DNA of 64,000 nucleotides from an uncultured Gammaproteobacteria bacterium (GCA_964411255.1 CAYPKD010000005.1:5547-69546), one strand, 5' to 3'; numbered from the stretch's first letter, positions 49,641-60,647 are shown. Notes: generated by a model from the sequence alone, not told the origin. Numbers and translations are program-made.

Positions 49641-52118
49641 ATGAAAAAAATAATATTACTTACAATTCTTCTGGCATTAATTTGCACGTCTTTTTTAGTT
49701 GCTGCCAAGGTTAGTGCGTTTGAGCCTTTGGAAGAATTAATTCCAAGAATGAAAATCCCGATCCCGCAGCTTGAACCATTTCAAAAGCCTACTTATGTGG
49801 AAGAAGGAGGCAAGGGCTATATTTTCATTCCATGGATAGCCCAATATGTAAGTGCAATGTATAAATATGCTTTGGCTATTGGATCAATCATTGCTGTGAT
49901 TGCAGTTATGGTAGGAGGAATTTTATATTTAACCTCTGGCGGTGCGCCTGGCAGAATAGATCAGGGTAAAAATATTATTATTGGTGCTATTACCGGACTT
50001 TTAATTATAATTTTTTCTTATATCTTTTTAAATACAATTAATCCTGAACTGGTGAATCTTAAGGCTATTAGAATTCAAGCTGTAAAACAAGAAGCATTAG
50101 TGGTTGGAAATAATTGTAAGGATTTGGGAGCTGGATTTATAGTCAGAACTCCAAGCGGAGAAAAAGAAGGAACAACAGGTAATGCCCAGTATTTTGCATG
50201 CGGCAGTTCATATCCAGTAAGGTCAGGGGCAGCAGATGTGATTGTTCCCGAAGGTCAGAATTGCGATGGGGCGTATTGCCAAAAGGGTGCTTGCGAGACT
50301 GTTGATGGTAAACCACAGTGTGTGAATGCTTTGTTTACAGGAGAAATTACAGGAACGATGTTGTCCGGAGGAAGATATATTGATGAAGAATTTGAGCTTT
50401 GGGGCATGCCGGGAAATGGTCTTCTCGCAGCATTTCCAGTTCCATCTAAAGGACGATATGTTATTCCTTTAACAGCTGAATTAGAAAACAAACTAAATCT
50501 TGTAGACAAAGTGTATTTTCATCTACAGATAAATACCACAGGTGCTTATCCTTATTGGGCCTATAAAATTGGAAAGGAAGGAGTTGTTGATGTGGATTTG
50601 ATAAAAGAAACGGTAAAAAGTTATTTTAAAACTACAATAGATAGTGAATTTTATGCAGTAAAAAGTTATAAGGATCCAGAAAAAGCAATATGGGGATTCC
50701 CATACTCTCTAGATCAGATGTCCCCACTCAATCCTAGTTATGGTAATACCCCTTGTGATCCATGTTTTGTGATGCCTAGGAACGCTGAATGGCGATTTGA
50801 ACAGAGATTGCCTTGGTGTCAATTTTGGGAACCGACTGATCTTTTAGTAGCAGCAAAAAGTGGATCTGGAACAGTTGTAAATTTTAATATTGATGATTTT
50901 CCAGAATATCCTCAGTGGCCTCCACCGGTTCTAGTAAAAGAACTTCTATTAGATAATATTTCTGGATTACCTACGCCTGAATTTTTAAAGGGTGTTAAAT
51001 ACGAAGATATAGATTGGAATAATTTGGCTACAATCAATCCAGATTTATATCCTTATATGACTGATCCTGCTGAATTTTGTGTGGCTTCGAGTCAGTTAAC
51101 ATCTGCCTCTCCATTTCCTGGGACTCCATGTACTAGTCCGTTTGAGACAGCATTTGTTGCAGCTGATGATGCGAATGCGCCAGATGATTTAAAGGGGAAA
51201 ACATTATATTGTCGGCCTGCTGGTTATCAAGTCGGTTCAGGCACAGCAGTAGCAAAGTTTGAATGGACATTGGAAGATGCTAGGAAAGGAGATACGTGTG
51301 ATAATTTAAGTGTTGCTCAGAGTTTTCCAGGACAATTTTCAGCTGGACAAACAGCAAAAAACGATGGACAGCCATTTGTTAATTGTGAATCTGGCGTTAG
51401 TTGCCAATGGGTTAGCGGTGATGTAGGAGAATGTATAAATGGTTTAACATATTGTTTTGGGTTTTGTGAAGATGATGAAGCAGTATTGTCTATGGGAATT
51501 GGAGATCCATGCAGAGATGGCACCTGCCTTCCATATAAAGGATCAATAGAATTAAAATGCGTTTTAAATGGAAATGCCAGGGAATGTTTATTAGGCACAT
51601 GGGGATCATTTTGCAATACTGATAACGACTGTAAAGACGGTTTTGAATGTATTAAGCATGACACTACAACTACTGATGAAGTTCAATTTTGTGCAAAAAA
51701 GAATGCAGGAAGATGGCAGGCATGTGGAGATAAAATTAGCGGTAGTGGTACGAATTGTTCTTCTGGATTGGATTGTGAGCAAGTAGAATACGGAGAAGAA
51801 GGTGATAGTGACGCACAGTGTGATACAGGCCATTGGTCTGGAGCAGATACTAATAATTTGAAATTTTGTCTTGAAAGTACTTATGATGATAATAATCATG
51901 GGATCTGCTCCTGTTCAAATAATAGTAATTGTGCCAATACTTATGGTTGGGATTCTGGTGCAAATTATTGTAATTTAGCAGGTTATGAATATTGTTCTCA
52001 AAAAGTTGAAGGCGCATGGTGTAAAGTAGAGGGAAAAACAACACCAGACAATTATTTTTGCCATGGTGTAGGAGGTGAGTATGGAGTTTTACATCAAAAG
52101 ATTTCAACTAGTCAATAA
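49641..52118 (+). CDS. large Cys-rich secreted/membrane-anchored protein inserted in the por operon
   Basis: Signal peptide, then two hydrophobic helices separated by a short Gly-rich loop, then a roughly 680-aa domain with dozens of Cys. No catalytic motifs recognised. Confidence 0.55.
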   Translation: MKKIILLTILLALICTSFLVAAKVSAFEPLEELIPRMKIPIPQLEPFQKPTYVEEGGKGYIFIPWIAQYVSAMYKYALAIGSIIAVIAVMVGGILYLTSGGAPGRIDQGKNIIIGAITGLLIIIFSYIFLNTINPELVNLKAIRIQAVKQEALVVGNNCKDLGAGFIVRTPSGEKEGTTGNAQYFACGSSYPVRSGAADVIVPEGQNCDGAYCQKGACETVDGKPQCVNALFTGEITGTMLSGGRYIDEEFELWGMPGNGLLAAFPVPSKGRYVIPLTAELENKLNLVDKVYFHLQINTTGAYPYWAYKIGKEGVVDVDLIKETVKSYFKTTIDSEFYAVKSYKDPEKAIWGFPYSLDQMSPLNPSYGNTPCDPCFVMPRNAEWRFEQRLPWCQFWEPTDLLVAAKSGSGTVVNFNIDDFPEYPQWPPPVLVKELLLDNISGLPTPEFLKGVKYEDIDWNNLATINPDLYPYMTDPAEFCVASSQLTSASPFPGTPCTSPFETAFVAADDANAPDDLKGKTLYCRPAGYQVGSGTAVAKFEWTLEDARKGDTCDNLSVAQSFPGQFSAGQTAKNDGQPFVNCESGVSCQWVSGDVGECINGLTYCFGFCEDDEAVLSMGIGDPCRDGTCLPYKGSIELKCVLNGNARECLLGTWGSFCNTDNDCKDGFECIKHDTTTTDEVQFCAKKNAGRWQACGDKISGSGTNCSSGLDCEQVEYGEEGDSDAQCDTGHWSGADTNNLKFCLESTYDDNNHGICSCSNNSNCANTYGWDSGANYCNLAGYEYCSQKVEGAWCKVEGKTTPDNYFCHGVGGEYGVLHQKISTSQ

Positions 52119-52124
52119 ATTTCT

Positions 52125-53039
52125 ATGCCAATAAAAAATAAATACCACACACCATATCAGCATTTAATAAATCCAGGACACACAGCCTGCTCTGGGTGTG
52201 GTTTGATTGTGGCAATGATTAATATTTTAGATGCGCTAGGTCCGAACACGATTGTTGCCAATGCCACTGGCTGCAGCGAGGTGACGACCAGCAAATATCC
52301 TCAGACTGCTTTTAAGGTGCCGTGGATCCATTCTATTTTTGAAAATACAGTGGCAGTGGCTGCAGGTATTGAAGCTGTGCTCAGAAAACAAGGAAAGGAC
52401 GATAATATAAATGTATTAGCCTGGGGCGGAGATGGCGCTATGTTTGATATTGGCCTTGGGTTTATGTCAGCCTCCTGGGAAAGAGAAGAAAATATTTTAA
52501 CAGTTTGTCTGGACAATGAAGCTTATATGAATACTGGAATTCAATCTAGCAGTGCCACACCAATAGATGCATATACCATGACCACTCCATCTGGAAGGAA
52601 ATCATGCGGTAAAAAATTAACTAAAAAAGATATGATAAAAGTGGCATTGGCTCATGATGTTCCCTATGTGGCTACAGCAACAATTGGAGATTTAGTTGAT
52701 TTATCTAATAAAATTAAAAAAGCATCCAAGGTTAAGGGGCCGAAGTACATTCAGGTTTTGACTACTTGTATTCCCGGCTGGAATGTTGAATCACATCTGA
52801 CAATTAAATTAGCCAGGCTTGCTCAGCAGACTGGCATTTATCCGGTTTTAGAATATGAGAAGGGCAAATTGATTTCTGCTAAAAAAGTAACAAAGGACAG
52901 GCCAAAAGTTGAAGAATATTTGAAACCGCAGGGAAGGTATAAACATTTGTTTAGCAAAAGCGGCAAGTGCAGAGGAGGAGTTGATATTATTCAAAAGCTG
53001 GCTGATGAGAATATTGAGAAATTCGGACTTCTCAAATAA
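52125..53039 (+). CDS. porB: POR beta subunit (TPP-binding)
   Basis: CSGCGL...GGDG TPP-binding blocks; starts 7 nt after the previous stop. Confidence 0.85.
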   Translation: MPIKNKYHTPYQHLINPGHTACSGCGLIVAMINILDALGPNTIVANATGCSEVTTSKYPQTAFKVPWIHSIFENTVAVAAGIEAVLRKQGKDDNINVLAWGGDGAMFDIGLGFMSASWEREENILTVCLDNEAYMNTGIQSSSATPIDAYTMTTPSGRKSCGKKLTKKDMIKVALAHDVPYVATATIGDLVDLSNKIKKASKVKGPKYIQVLTTCIPGWNVESHLTIKLARLAQQTGIYPVLEYEKGKLISAKKVTKDRPKVEEYLKPQGRYKHLFSKSGKCRGGVDIIQKLADENIEKFGLLK

Positions 53040-53205
53040 CAAATCATTTTTTTGGTGGTCGTTGGTTGTTAGGCATGGCAGCCAGTATGATTTTTTGTTG
53101 TTAGTCATTAGACTTTCTAACCAATGACCTAGGCCCATAGACCAAACTGGCAGTCAAGACTTAAAACTAATTACCTAAAATAAATTTTTTTAAATTTACT
53201 AATTT

Positions 53206-53232
53206 GGGGTTCATCCCCTTTTTTTATTTTTT
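53206..53232 (+). terminator. rho-independent terminator
   Basis: Hairpin ggggttcatcccc followed by a long T-run. Confidence 0.6.
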
Positions 53233-53258
53233 CTTTTTGCTTTTTGATTTCTTACCTC

Positions 53259-53287
53259 TTGCCACTTCCCAAAAAGTGTGATAAACT
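53259..53287 (+). promoter_or_regulatory. candidate promoter TTGCCA-17-TAAACT for uvrA
   Basis: Direct motif match. Confidence 0.35.
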
Positions 53288-53314
53288 CTTTAGCAAGGTG
53301 TTTAAAGAATATTT

Positions 53315-56191
53315 ATGAATAATAATATCAAAATAAAAGGAGCTCGGGTCAATAATTTAAAAAATATTGATGTAGAGATACCCCGTAATAAGCTTGTAGT
53401 TATAACAGGACTGTCTGGTTCTGGCAAATCTTCACTTGCCTTTGACACAATCTATGCTGAAGGCCAAAGGCGTTATGTGGAGAGCTTGTCATCTTATGCT
53501 AGGCAGTTTTTAGATGTCCAAGATAAGCCTGATGTTGATGGCATTGACGGTCTTTCTCCTGCAGTAGCCATTGACCAGCGGTCAACATCCAGAAACCCGC
53601 GTTCCACAGTTGGTACAGTGACAGAAACCTATGATTTACTTCGATTATTATATGCCAGAATAGGTGTCCCTCATTGTCCAAAGTGTGGCAAAGAAGTTAA
53701 GAGACAGACGGTCGAGCAGATTGTAGATAAGATTTGGGCAATTGATAATAATGTCAATGTTACAGTTTTAGCACCAGTGATAAAGGAACAAAAAGGCAGG
53801 CATCATAAAATTTTTGAAGAATTACAAAAAGCAAATTTTTATCAGGTTCGTTTTGATGGCATTGTTTATAATTTAGAGGAGGTTTTAGAAATGCCGATTG
53901 ATAAGCAAAAAAAACATATAATTGAGGTTGTCATTGACAGGGTAATGCTTGATGGAGATAAAGAAGTAAAAAATCAGCTGCTTGAATCGGTGAAGATAGC
54001 CTTGGATCTGGGTAATGGCCTGTCAATAATCCAAAGGTCTGACAAGGATGAAGACCAGCTTTTTAGCCAATATTACAATTGTCCTGATTGCGGTATAAGC
54101 TTGCCGGAAATTGATTTAAGGAGCTTTTCATTTAATTCTCCAAATGGCGCTTGCCCAGAATGCAGTGGCTTGGGAACAAAGCAGGAAGTTGATCCGGAAT
54201 TAGTGATTTCAAATCCAAGGCTGACTTTAGCTGAAGGGGCAATCAAGCCATGGACGAAAATTTTTTCAACCCAGACAACAAATTGGCAGCTGTTGGAGGC
54301 AGTGGCTAAAAAATATAAATTTTCTGTAAATATTGCTGCAGAAAAATTGTCAAAAAAAGCAAAAGAAATTATTTTATACGGCACTGATGGAGATCTCTAC
54401 CAAATAGGAAGCAAATCTTTGCCATTTGAGGGTGTCATTCCATTTTTAGAAAAAAAATATAAATCAACAGACTCTGATTATATTCGAAAAGAAATTGAAA
54501 AGTACATGCGCATGCATATTTGTCCTCTGTGCGAAGGAAGAAGATTAAAACCAGAATCTCTTGCTGTAACAGTGGGCGGTTTGTCTATTTCTGAATTATC
54601 GAGCCTGCCAATTGAAAAAATTAAAATATTTTGTGATGAGGCTGTTCGCAGCGTAAAGGAAAAAGCAAAAAGACTACCAAAGGGGTATTCAATAATAAAA
54701 GAATCAGTTAATGAAAAAGCATTAAATATTGGACGGCAGATTTTTACAGAACTTGAGAGAAGATTGTTATATATTGAGGATGTGGGTTTAAGCTATTTAA
54801 CTTTAGACCGGAGCTCTGTTACTTTATCAGGCGGTGAAGCTCAAAGAATACGATTAGCCACTCAGATGGGTTCAAAGCTGGCAGAAGTAATTTATGTTTT
54901 GGACGAGCCAACAATTGGTTTACATCAGGCTGATATAAATAAATTAATACAAGCACTAAAAAAATTAAAAGCACAAAATAATAGCGTAATTGTAGTTGAA
55001 CATGATGAGACTACAATGCTTGAAGCTGATCAAATTATTGATATAGGGCCAGGTGCTGGAATTTACGGCGGAGAAGTAATTGCTCAGGGGTCTCCTGAGC
55101 AGATAAAAAAAGACAGCAATTCTTTAACAGGTAAATATTTATCTGGTAAATATAAAATTGAAGTACCAAAGATTGACAGAAAAAAAAGAGGCAATGGCAA
55201 AAGCATATCAATCAAGGGCGCATCTGCTAACAATTTAAAAAACATTAATGTTGATATTCCTCTGGGAAATTTCGTTTGTATTACTGGGGTATCAGGATCT
55301 GGAAAGTCAACTTTGATGACTGATATTTTATCAAAGGCACTGGCTAGAAAATTTTATCGGTCAAAAGAAATTCCATCTGATCATAAAAGCATTAATGGTA
55401 TCCAGCATTTAGATAAAGTTATTTCAATAGATCAAACTCCAATTGGCAGAACTCCACGTTCAAACCCGGCTACCTATACTGGGATTTTTACATATATCAG
55501 GGATTTATTTACACAAGTGCCTGAATCAAAGATTAAAGGTTTTGATGCCGGCAAGTTTAGTTTTAATGTAAAAGGCGGCAGATGTGAAGAATGTGGTGGA
55601 GATGGTTTTGTGAAAATAGAAATGCAGTTTTTGCCTGATGTTTATGTGACTTGTGATGAATGCAAGGGGAAAAGATATAAAAAAGAAGTTTTGGAAATAC
55701 ATTATCGGGGAAAAAATATTGCTGATGTTTTAGAAATGACTGTATCAGAGGCGAGAGAATTTTTTAATGACACGCCAATACTAAAGGAAAAATTAACCAC
55801 CTTAGAAGAAGTGGGACTTGGATATTTACAGCTTGGCCAGCCAGCCACTACTTTATCTGGCGGTGAAGCTCAGAGGATTAAACTGGCCACAGAACTTTCA
55901 AGGTATTCAACCGGTAAAACTTTATATATTTTAGATGAACCGACAACTGGCTTGCATTTTGATGATATAAAAAGATTATTGATAATTTTGAATCGATTGG
56001 TTGATAAAGGTAATTCAGTTTTAATTATTGAGCATAATTTAGATGTAATAAAGCAGGCAGATTGGATAATTGACTTAGGCCCTGAGGGAGGAGAAAAAGG
56101 CGGATATTTAGTGGCTGAAGGCAGCCCTGAGCAGATAGTGAAAATAAAAAAGTCTGCGACCAGCCAATATTTGAAAAAAGTTTTGAAATAG
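53315..56191 (+). CDS. uvrA: excinuclease ABC subunit A
   Basis: Two ABC ATPase modules ([20 protein letters not shown]) and zinc-finger Cys pairs. Confidence 0.95.
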   Translation: MNNNIKIKGARVNNLKNIDVEIPRNKLVVITGLSGSGKSSLAFDTIYAEGQRRYVESLSSYARQFLDVQDKPDVDGIDGLSPAVAIDQRSTSRNPRSTVGTVTETYDLLRLLYARIGVPHCPKCGKEVKRQTVEQIVDKIWAIDNNVNVTVLAPVIKEQKGRHHKIFEELQKANFYQVRFDGIVYNLEEVLEMPIDKQKKHIIEVVIDRVMLDGDKEVKNQLLESVKIALDLGNGLSIIQRSDKDEDQLFSQYYNCPDCGISLPEIDLRSFSFNSPNGACPECSGLGTKQEVDPELVISNPRLTLAEGAIKPWTKIFSTQTTNWQLLEAVAKKYKFSVNIAAEKLSKKAKEIILYGTDGDLYQIGSKSLPFEGVIPFLEKKYKSTDSDYIRKEIEKYMRMHICPLCEGRRLKPESLAVTVGGLSISELSSLPIEKIKIFCDEAVRSVKEKAKRLPKGYSIIKESVNEKALNIGRQIFTELERRLLYIEDVGLSYLTLDRSSVTLSGGEAQRIRLATQMGSKLAEVIYVLDEPTIGLHQADINKLIQALKKLKAQNNSVIVVEHDETTMLEADQIIDIGPGAGIYGGEVIAQGSPEQIKKDSNSLTGKYLSGKYKIEVPKIDRKKRGNGKSISIKGASANNLKNINVDIPLGNFVCITGVSGSGKSTLMTDILSKALARKFYRSKEIPSDHKSINGIQHLDKVISIDQTPIGRTPRSNPATYTGIFTYIRDLFTQVPESKIKGFDAGKFSFNVKGGRCEECGGDGFVKIEMQFLPDVYVTCDECKGKRYKKEVLEIHYRGKNIADVLEMTVSEAREFFNDTPILKEKLTTLEEVGLGYLQLGQPATTLSGGEAQRIKLATELSRYSTGKTLYILDEPTTGLHFDDIKRLLIILNRLVDKGNSVLIIEHNLDVIKQADWIIDLGPEGGEKGGYLVAEGSPEQIVKIKKSATSQYLKKVLK

Positions 56192-56230
56192 AACTATATT
56201 GACGAATATATAGATTTATAATATACTAAA

Positions 56231-56254
56231 AAATGCCTTTAATGGCATTTTTTG
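56231..56254 (+). terminator. rho-independent terminator after uvrA
   Basis: Hairpin aatgcc-ttta-atggcatt followed by ttttt. Confidence 0.7.
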
Positions 56255-56310
56255 AATTTATTTAACCGCGCTTGCAGTAAACTTTGCTCTTTGAGGAGGG
56301 GAAAAAGAGC

Positions 56311-56622
56311 ATGACAATGACTGTTTCAACAGCAGAGGCCGAGCCTGGCAAGGCTCCATCAGAATTAATGGCTTGTCCGCATTGCGGAGCAATTGCCCAG
56401 AAAGGGGAAGATGGGCAATTAAAGCAGCCGTTAGATATGGATGAATTAGGTGATGAAGTTTTAAATCAACTTGATTTATTGTCTTTGGAAGATAAAGTAT
56501 ATATGCTGAATAATCGGCGAAATACCCGAATCTGGCAGGATTGGCTGGATAAGAATGGTTTTGACTATATTGCCTGCATTGCCTGCGGACATTTCTACCA
56601 GCCAGAGCAGGAGGAAAGCTGA
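56311..56622 (+). CDS. small zinc-ribbon protein (GC-rich)
   Basis: RBS GGAGGGG with 8-nt spacing; CPHCG...CIACG Cys pairs. The overlapping minus ORF 56258-56722 is rejected. Confidence 0.45.
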   Translation: MTMTVSTAEAEPGKAPSELMACPHCGAIAQKGEDGQLKQPLDMDELGDEVLNQLDLLSLEDKVYMLNNRRNTRIWQDWLDKNGFDYIACIACGHFYQPEQEES

Positions 56623-56654
56623 AGGGTACTGAATATGAATCTAGGGAGTAGAAA

Positions 56655-56918
56655 ATGGTTGCCCGTGTCATTCCGTTAAACCGTGCTCCGCCTAAAGTGC
56701 AGCAAAAGCACTTGACGCACAAAATGAATCAGGCTTTGAGCAAATTGCCAACAAAAGTTGTAGATCAGCTTTTCAATGAGCAGGATGTTTCAAAGTTTAA
56801 TTCAATTGCCTTTGTTTGTGGCAGTTGGCGCTGCTCAAAATGCCACTTTTTTTCTGATATACATCGAATTGATTCGTCGTATTGCAGGAATTGTGGCAAA
56901 TATTTGTTTGGACTTTAA
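56655..56918 (+). CDS. small zinc-ribbon protein
   Basis: RBS GGGAG; CGSWRCSKC...CRNCG Cys pairs. Confidence 0.45.
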   Translation: MVARVIPLNRAPPKVQQKHLTHKMNQALSKLPTKVVDQLFNEQDVSKFNSIAFVCGSWRCSKCHFFSDIHRIDSSYCRNCGKYLFGL

Positions 56919-56983
56919 CCGTCATCATTGTGGCGGTTTTTTTATTGAAGTTAGAAAATAGAATTTAAAACCAATTTTTATTT

Positions 56984-57017
56984 TAAAAAACTGTCTAGGT
57001 TCAGACAGTTTATTTTT
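56984..57017. terminator. bidirectional terminator
   Basis: Hairpin aactgtctaggttcagacagtt with an A-run and a T-run. Confidence 0.6.
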
Positions 57018-57414
57018 TATTTTCGAGAAGATGTTTCATTCTGTTAAATAATGCTTTTTTTTCTAATGGCTTATCCATATAATCATCCGCTCCATATAGC
57101 GGCGAAGTCATTTCGTTCAGCTGTGGTCCAATTCCGCTTACAATTAAAATTATTGATGGGGGAAATTTTGGATGAGTTTGTTCATAATATCTAATTCTCC
57201 GGCATGTTTCCCAACCATTTTGGACTGGCATCATTACATCCAGTATGACAAAATTTGGTTTTACTTTTTCAAAAACCTCAAAGGCCTCACATCCATCGTA
57301 TGCTTCAAAAATTTCTACTTCTTGCCCCTCTTCTGCAAATCTTTTACAAAGTTCTTTGTGCCAAAGATTACAGATTTCCATGTCATCATCAGCTATCAAA
57401 ATTCTTAATAGCAT
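57010..57414 (-). CDS. stand-alone response-regulator receiver (REC) domain protein
   Basis: Acidic pocket ADDD, phospho-acceptor Asp in VILDVMMP, conserved Ser/Thr and Lys (YMDKP). Confidence 0.8.
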   Translation of the reverse strand: MLLRILIADDDMEICNLWHKELCKRFAEEGQEVEIFEAYDGCEAFEVFEKVKPNFVILDVMMPVQNGWETCRRIRYYEQTHPKFPPSIILIVSGIGPQLNEMTSPLYGADDYMDKPLEKKALFNRMKHLLENKK

Positions 57415-57503
57415 GACCCCTCCTTATGTTGCCTACAGGCATAAAAAAAATGGTACACTAAATGAGGAAAAAGATCAAGATTTTTTTAAAAAACCACCTA
57501 AAT

Positions 57504-57875
57504 TTAGGCGGTTTGATGTTGGGGGTCTTTCAGGATTATTTTTTTTAAATCAGATTCCTGAATTGGTTTGGGAATGGTGTAATCTGGTCCCCAACCTTTG
57601 ACCGGATTTTTTGAAAATTCTGTATCTGGTTTTACTCTGATTAAAGTAAATTTTAGAAAACGAGTAGCCTGCAATATTGGTTCTAATCTTTGCCTAGTAT
57701 TATCATCTACTAAAACAAATGATGGCTCTTGGGTTCTCAAAAACTCCATTGCTTTTTCTAAAACATCAGTGTTACACATTACTATGTTTCGAGGTTGATA
57801 GGTTGGATACAAAAATTTTTGCATGGCCTTAAAAATATCAAAGTCAGCTGAAATAATTAAAATTTTAAGTTTCAT
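57504..57875 (-). CDS. divergent receiver-like domain protein
   Basis: REC-like pattern (ILIISADFD ... FVLVDDN ... RVKPD) with non-canonical residues. Confidence 0.45.
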   Translation of the reverse strand: MKLKILIISADFDIFKAMQKFLYPTYQPRNIVMCNTDVLEKAMEFLRTQEPSFVLVDDNTRQRLEPILQATRFLKFTLIRVKPDTEFSKNPVKGWGPDYTIPKPIQESDLKKIILKDPQHQTA

Positions 57876-57921
57876 GCCTCCTCCATTTATCCTCAGTTTA
57901 GATATTATCTTATATCAAAAA

Positions 57922-57950
57922 TAAAAAATTGGCAATAGTAGCCAATTTTT
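57922..57950 (-). terminator. rho-independent terminator after rplS
   Basis: Hairpin aattggcaatagtagccaatt followed by a T-run on the minus strand. Confidence 0.6.
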
Positions 57951-57958
57951 AGAAGAAT

Positions 57959-58285
57959 TTATTTTATCTCTTTTAATCTAGTATGAGATGTTCTTAAATA
58001 TCCCAATTTTGCCCGCCTGACTCTGTATGTTTTTGCTACTTCGATTTTTTCCAAAGTAGGCATGTGCAACGGAAATATTTTTTCAACTCCAACACCATCA
58101 GAAATTTTTCTGACTGTAATGGTCGCCCCGGGTTCTGATCCATGTCTTCTGGCTAAAACCATTCCTTCAAAAACCTGGATTCTTTCTTTTTCCTCGCCTT
58201 TTGGGTTTAGCTCCTTAATTTTTTGGTGAACACGAACAACCTTGCCTGGTTGAATTTCTGGATATAATTGTTTTTTTTCTGACAT
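57959..58285 (-). CDS. rplS: 50S ribosomal protein L19
   Basis: bL19 signature; C-terminal YRVRRAKLGYLR. Confidence 0.9.
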   Translation of the reverse strand: MSEKKQLYPEIQPGKVVRVHQKIKELNPKGEEKERIQVFEGMVLARRHGSEPGATITVRKISDGVGVEKIFPLHMPTLEKIEVAKTYRVRRAKLGYLRTSHTRLKEIK

Positions 58286-58374
58286 AGAATTGTAGATTGA
58301 TAGTCTTTAGACTGTTTTTATTGTTTATGAGTAACACGCTAAAGTTTGTCATACTGGAAAAGAATTGTCAAGTT

Positions 58375-58923
58375 TTATGTAAATATGATTTTCTCACATT
58401 CTAACATTGTTTGATCTATTTTATTTTCTTTATTATATACACTGTAATCTGCCTGAGAAGCCAGTTTAAGCTCTTTTGGTATGAAGCTTTTTCTTTTTTC
58501 AAATATCTCTTTTGGCAGATTTCTTTTTTTAAGCCTTTTTTCAATATTTTCCGGCTTGGCAGTTAAAAATATTTTTGAAATGAAATCCTTTTTATATTCT
58601 TTTTTATTAATTGACAAAGGATCAATGGTGGTGATAGCAATTTTACCTTGCTGCCAGATTTTTTCAAGTTCAGGCATTGGTTTTCCATAATAATTTCCAT
58701 AAACTTGTTCCCATTCAATTAAATTGTGCTGCGCAATTAATTTTTTAAAATCTTTTTCAGTTAAAAAAATATATTCACCGCTTGTTTCATCTTTTTTTCT
58801 TGGTAGTCTGGTAGTGTAGGTGATTAGGCGCTTAATTTTATCAGAATGTTTTTCTAAAATTTTATTAACGATTGTAGTTTTTCCTACACCAGACGGTCCT
58901 GAAAAAATTATTAATTTATTCAT
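58375..58923 (-). CDS. gmk: guanylate kinase
   Basis: P-loop SGPSGVGKTT and the TTR.PR..E..G..Y.F motif. Confidence 0.9.
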   Translation of the reverse strand: MNKLIIFSGPSGVGKTTIVNKILEKHSDKIKRLITYTTRLPRKKDETSGEYIFLTEKDFKKLIAQHNLIEWEQVYGNYYGKPMPELEKIWQQGKIAITTIDPLSINKKEYKKDFISKIFLTAKPENIEKRLKKRNLPKEIFEKRKSFIPKELKLASQADYSVYNKENKIDQTMLECEKIIFT

Positions 58924-59036
58924 ATATATAGAAAGCTTAATGGGCTTGATAAGGCTTAAGAAGGTAAAGAGGGCAATTTCATTGCTTCATTATTTAACAT
59001 ATAATAACATCATAACCTCGTAACTTCATAACTTTT

Positions 59037-60635
59037 TTATCTCTTTTTACCTTTTTTCTTCTTTTTCCTAGATTCAATAATCTGTTTTTCTTGATCCAAA
59101 ATTTCTTGCTTATGATTTTGAAGATATTTCATTGCCTGTTTTTTTGAATTTATTTCTCCATTTAGCCAAGCATCCTGAACTGCTGTTAAAGCTAAGCCAA
59201 AATAAATTCCCCCACGTCTTTCAAAAAATATTTCATTAATATCATCACTTGAAAGAATGGTCTTTGGTAATTTTTGCTCTTGCCTTGCTTCAATTCTCTT
59301 CCTTACTTTTTCAATTTTGGTCATCAGCTCATCATAACGCTTAGTATTTGGCTGGCCATCAGATTTAATTGAGCTTAATGAATCTAAATAGGTAAGCATT
59401 AATAATTCATTGCCATGTTTTCCGAAAAAAGCATTTTCAATATCTTTAAAAGAAAATTGTCCTGGATCTTCCAGCAGATTTCTTATTAAAAAAGTGATTT
59501 CCTTAATTTGCTTATTGGAAAATTTTAAACGACGAGTGATTTTTTCAGACAGTTGAGCGCTTTGCTCGTTAGGATGTTTAAATTTGATTTTTTCATCTCC
59601 ATCTTCAATTACAATTTCCTGTGATTTTGGTTTCCCAATTTGCGAAAGCATAATAGCGACAGTAAATTCTGGAGATATTTTGGCATTTGGGAATTTTGAT
59701 TTGAATTCTGGAGAATTGATTTTTTCCAGCATTAATTTAGTATGCTGCCAGACATCTCCTTCCTGATGAGATTCAGCTGGTTGAGTGCAATTTTTGAGTT
59801 TATTTAATTCAGGAATAATCTGCTGCCAGAGACTTGCTTTATCATATAAATCAAAAGCGCGTTCTGAATTTTCTTTAAGGCTTTTTAATAATTCTTTTCT
59901 AATGGTGTCTTCTGGTACTTTTCTTTCTTTTTTACCTTTTTCACCCACCACAGTATCATTGATGTGCTGGGCATTTTCAATAATTGCTTTCCAGGTATTT
60001 TTTTCAATTTGAAAATCAAACCGGCAGGCAAAGCGGATAGCGCGCAGCATCCTGGAATAATCTTCTTTGAATCTGTCTTCAGGTTTGCCAACAGCACGGA
60101 TAAGCTTGTTTTCTAAATCTTTTTTTCCATCATAAGGATCAACCAATTTTCCTTCTCTGACATCATAGGCCATGGCATTTATAGTCAAATCCCTTCGGCC
60201 CAAATCTTCTTCGACCGGCATGTTTGGATCAGACTGAACTTCAAAATCTTTTTTGCCACCGCCGCCAGTTGAAAATTCTGTGCGTGGAAAAGCAATATCA
60301 ATTGGTTCATCTAAACTTTTGTCTTCTGGCATGAATTTATAAACGCCAAAATGCTTTCCAACCAGATCTAAGCTGCCCTTTTCTTCAGTTAAAGCCTTTT
60401 CAAGGTCCTGGCCAGATATTTTTCTAAATATAAAATCAAAATCTTTTGATTTAAGCTTGTCTAAAAGGGTATCGCGCACAATTCCACCGACCATGTACAT
60501 TTCCAAATTTTCAAGATTAGGGTTGGTAATAAAATCATCTAAAAATCGCTTGACAGCTGGTTCAGTTAATATTCTTTTTCGCAGCTTGTCTTCTGGAGCC
60601 TCTTCCTTTAGTAATATTTTTTCAAAAAATTTCAT
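59037..60635 (-). CDS. cca: CCA tRNA nucleotidyltransferase / poly(A) polymerase family with HD domain
   Basis: GGIVRD...DFD nucleotidyltransferase motif plus a C-terminal HD-like region. Confidence 0.8.
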   Translation of the reverse strand: MKFFEKILLKEEAPEDKLRKRILTEPAVKRFLDDFITNPNLENLEMYMVGGIVRDTLLDKLKSKDFDFIFRKISGQDLEKALTEEKGSLDLVGKHFGVYKFMPEDKSLDEPIDIAFPRTEFSTGGGGKKDFEVQSDPNMPVEEDLGRRDLTINAMAYDVREGKLVDPYDGKKDLENKLIRAVGKPEDRFKEDYSRMLRAIRFACRFDFQIEKNTWKAIIENAQHINDTVVGEKGKKERKVPEDTIRKELLKSLKENSERAFDLYDKASLWQQIIPELNKLKNCTQPAESHQEGDVWQHTKLMLEKINSPEFKSKFPNAKISPEFTVAIMLSQIGKPKSQEIVIEDGDEKIKFKHPNEQSAQLSEKITRRLKFSNKQIKEITFLIRNLLEDPGQFSFKDIENAFFGKHGNELLMLTYLDSLSSIKSDGQPNTKRYDELMTKIEKVRKRIEARQEQKLPKTILSSDDINEIFFERRGGIYFGLALTAVQDAWLNGEINSKKQAMKYLQNHKQEILDQEKQIIESRKKKKKGKKR

Positions 60636-60647
60636 ATTACCAATTGA

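Noticed and set aside
53040-53205. Possible sRNA between porB and its distant terminator
   Set aside because: Only one modest hairpin (53121-53150) and degenerate GGT-rich words. The evidence is too weak to call a feature.
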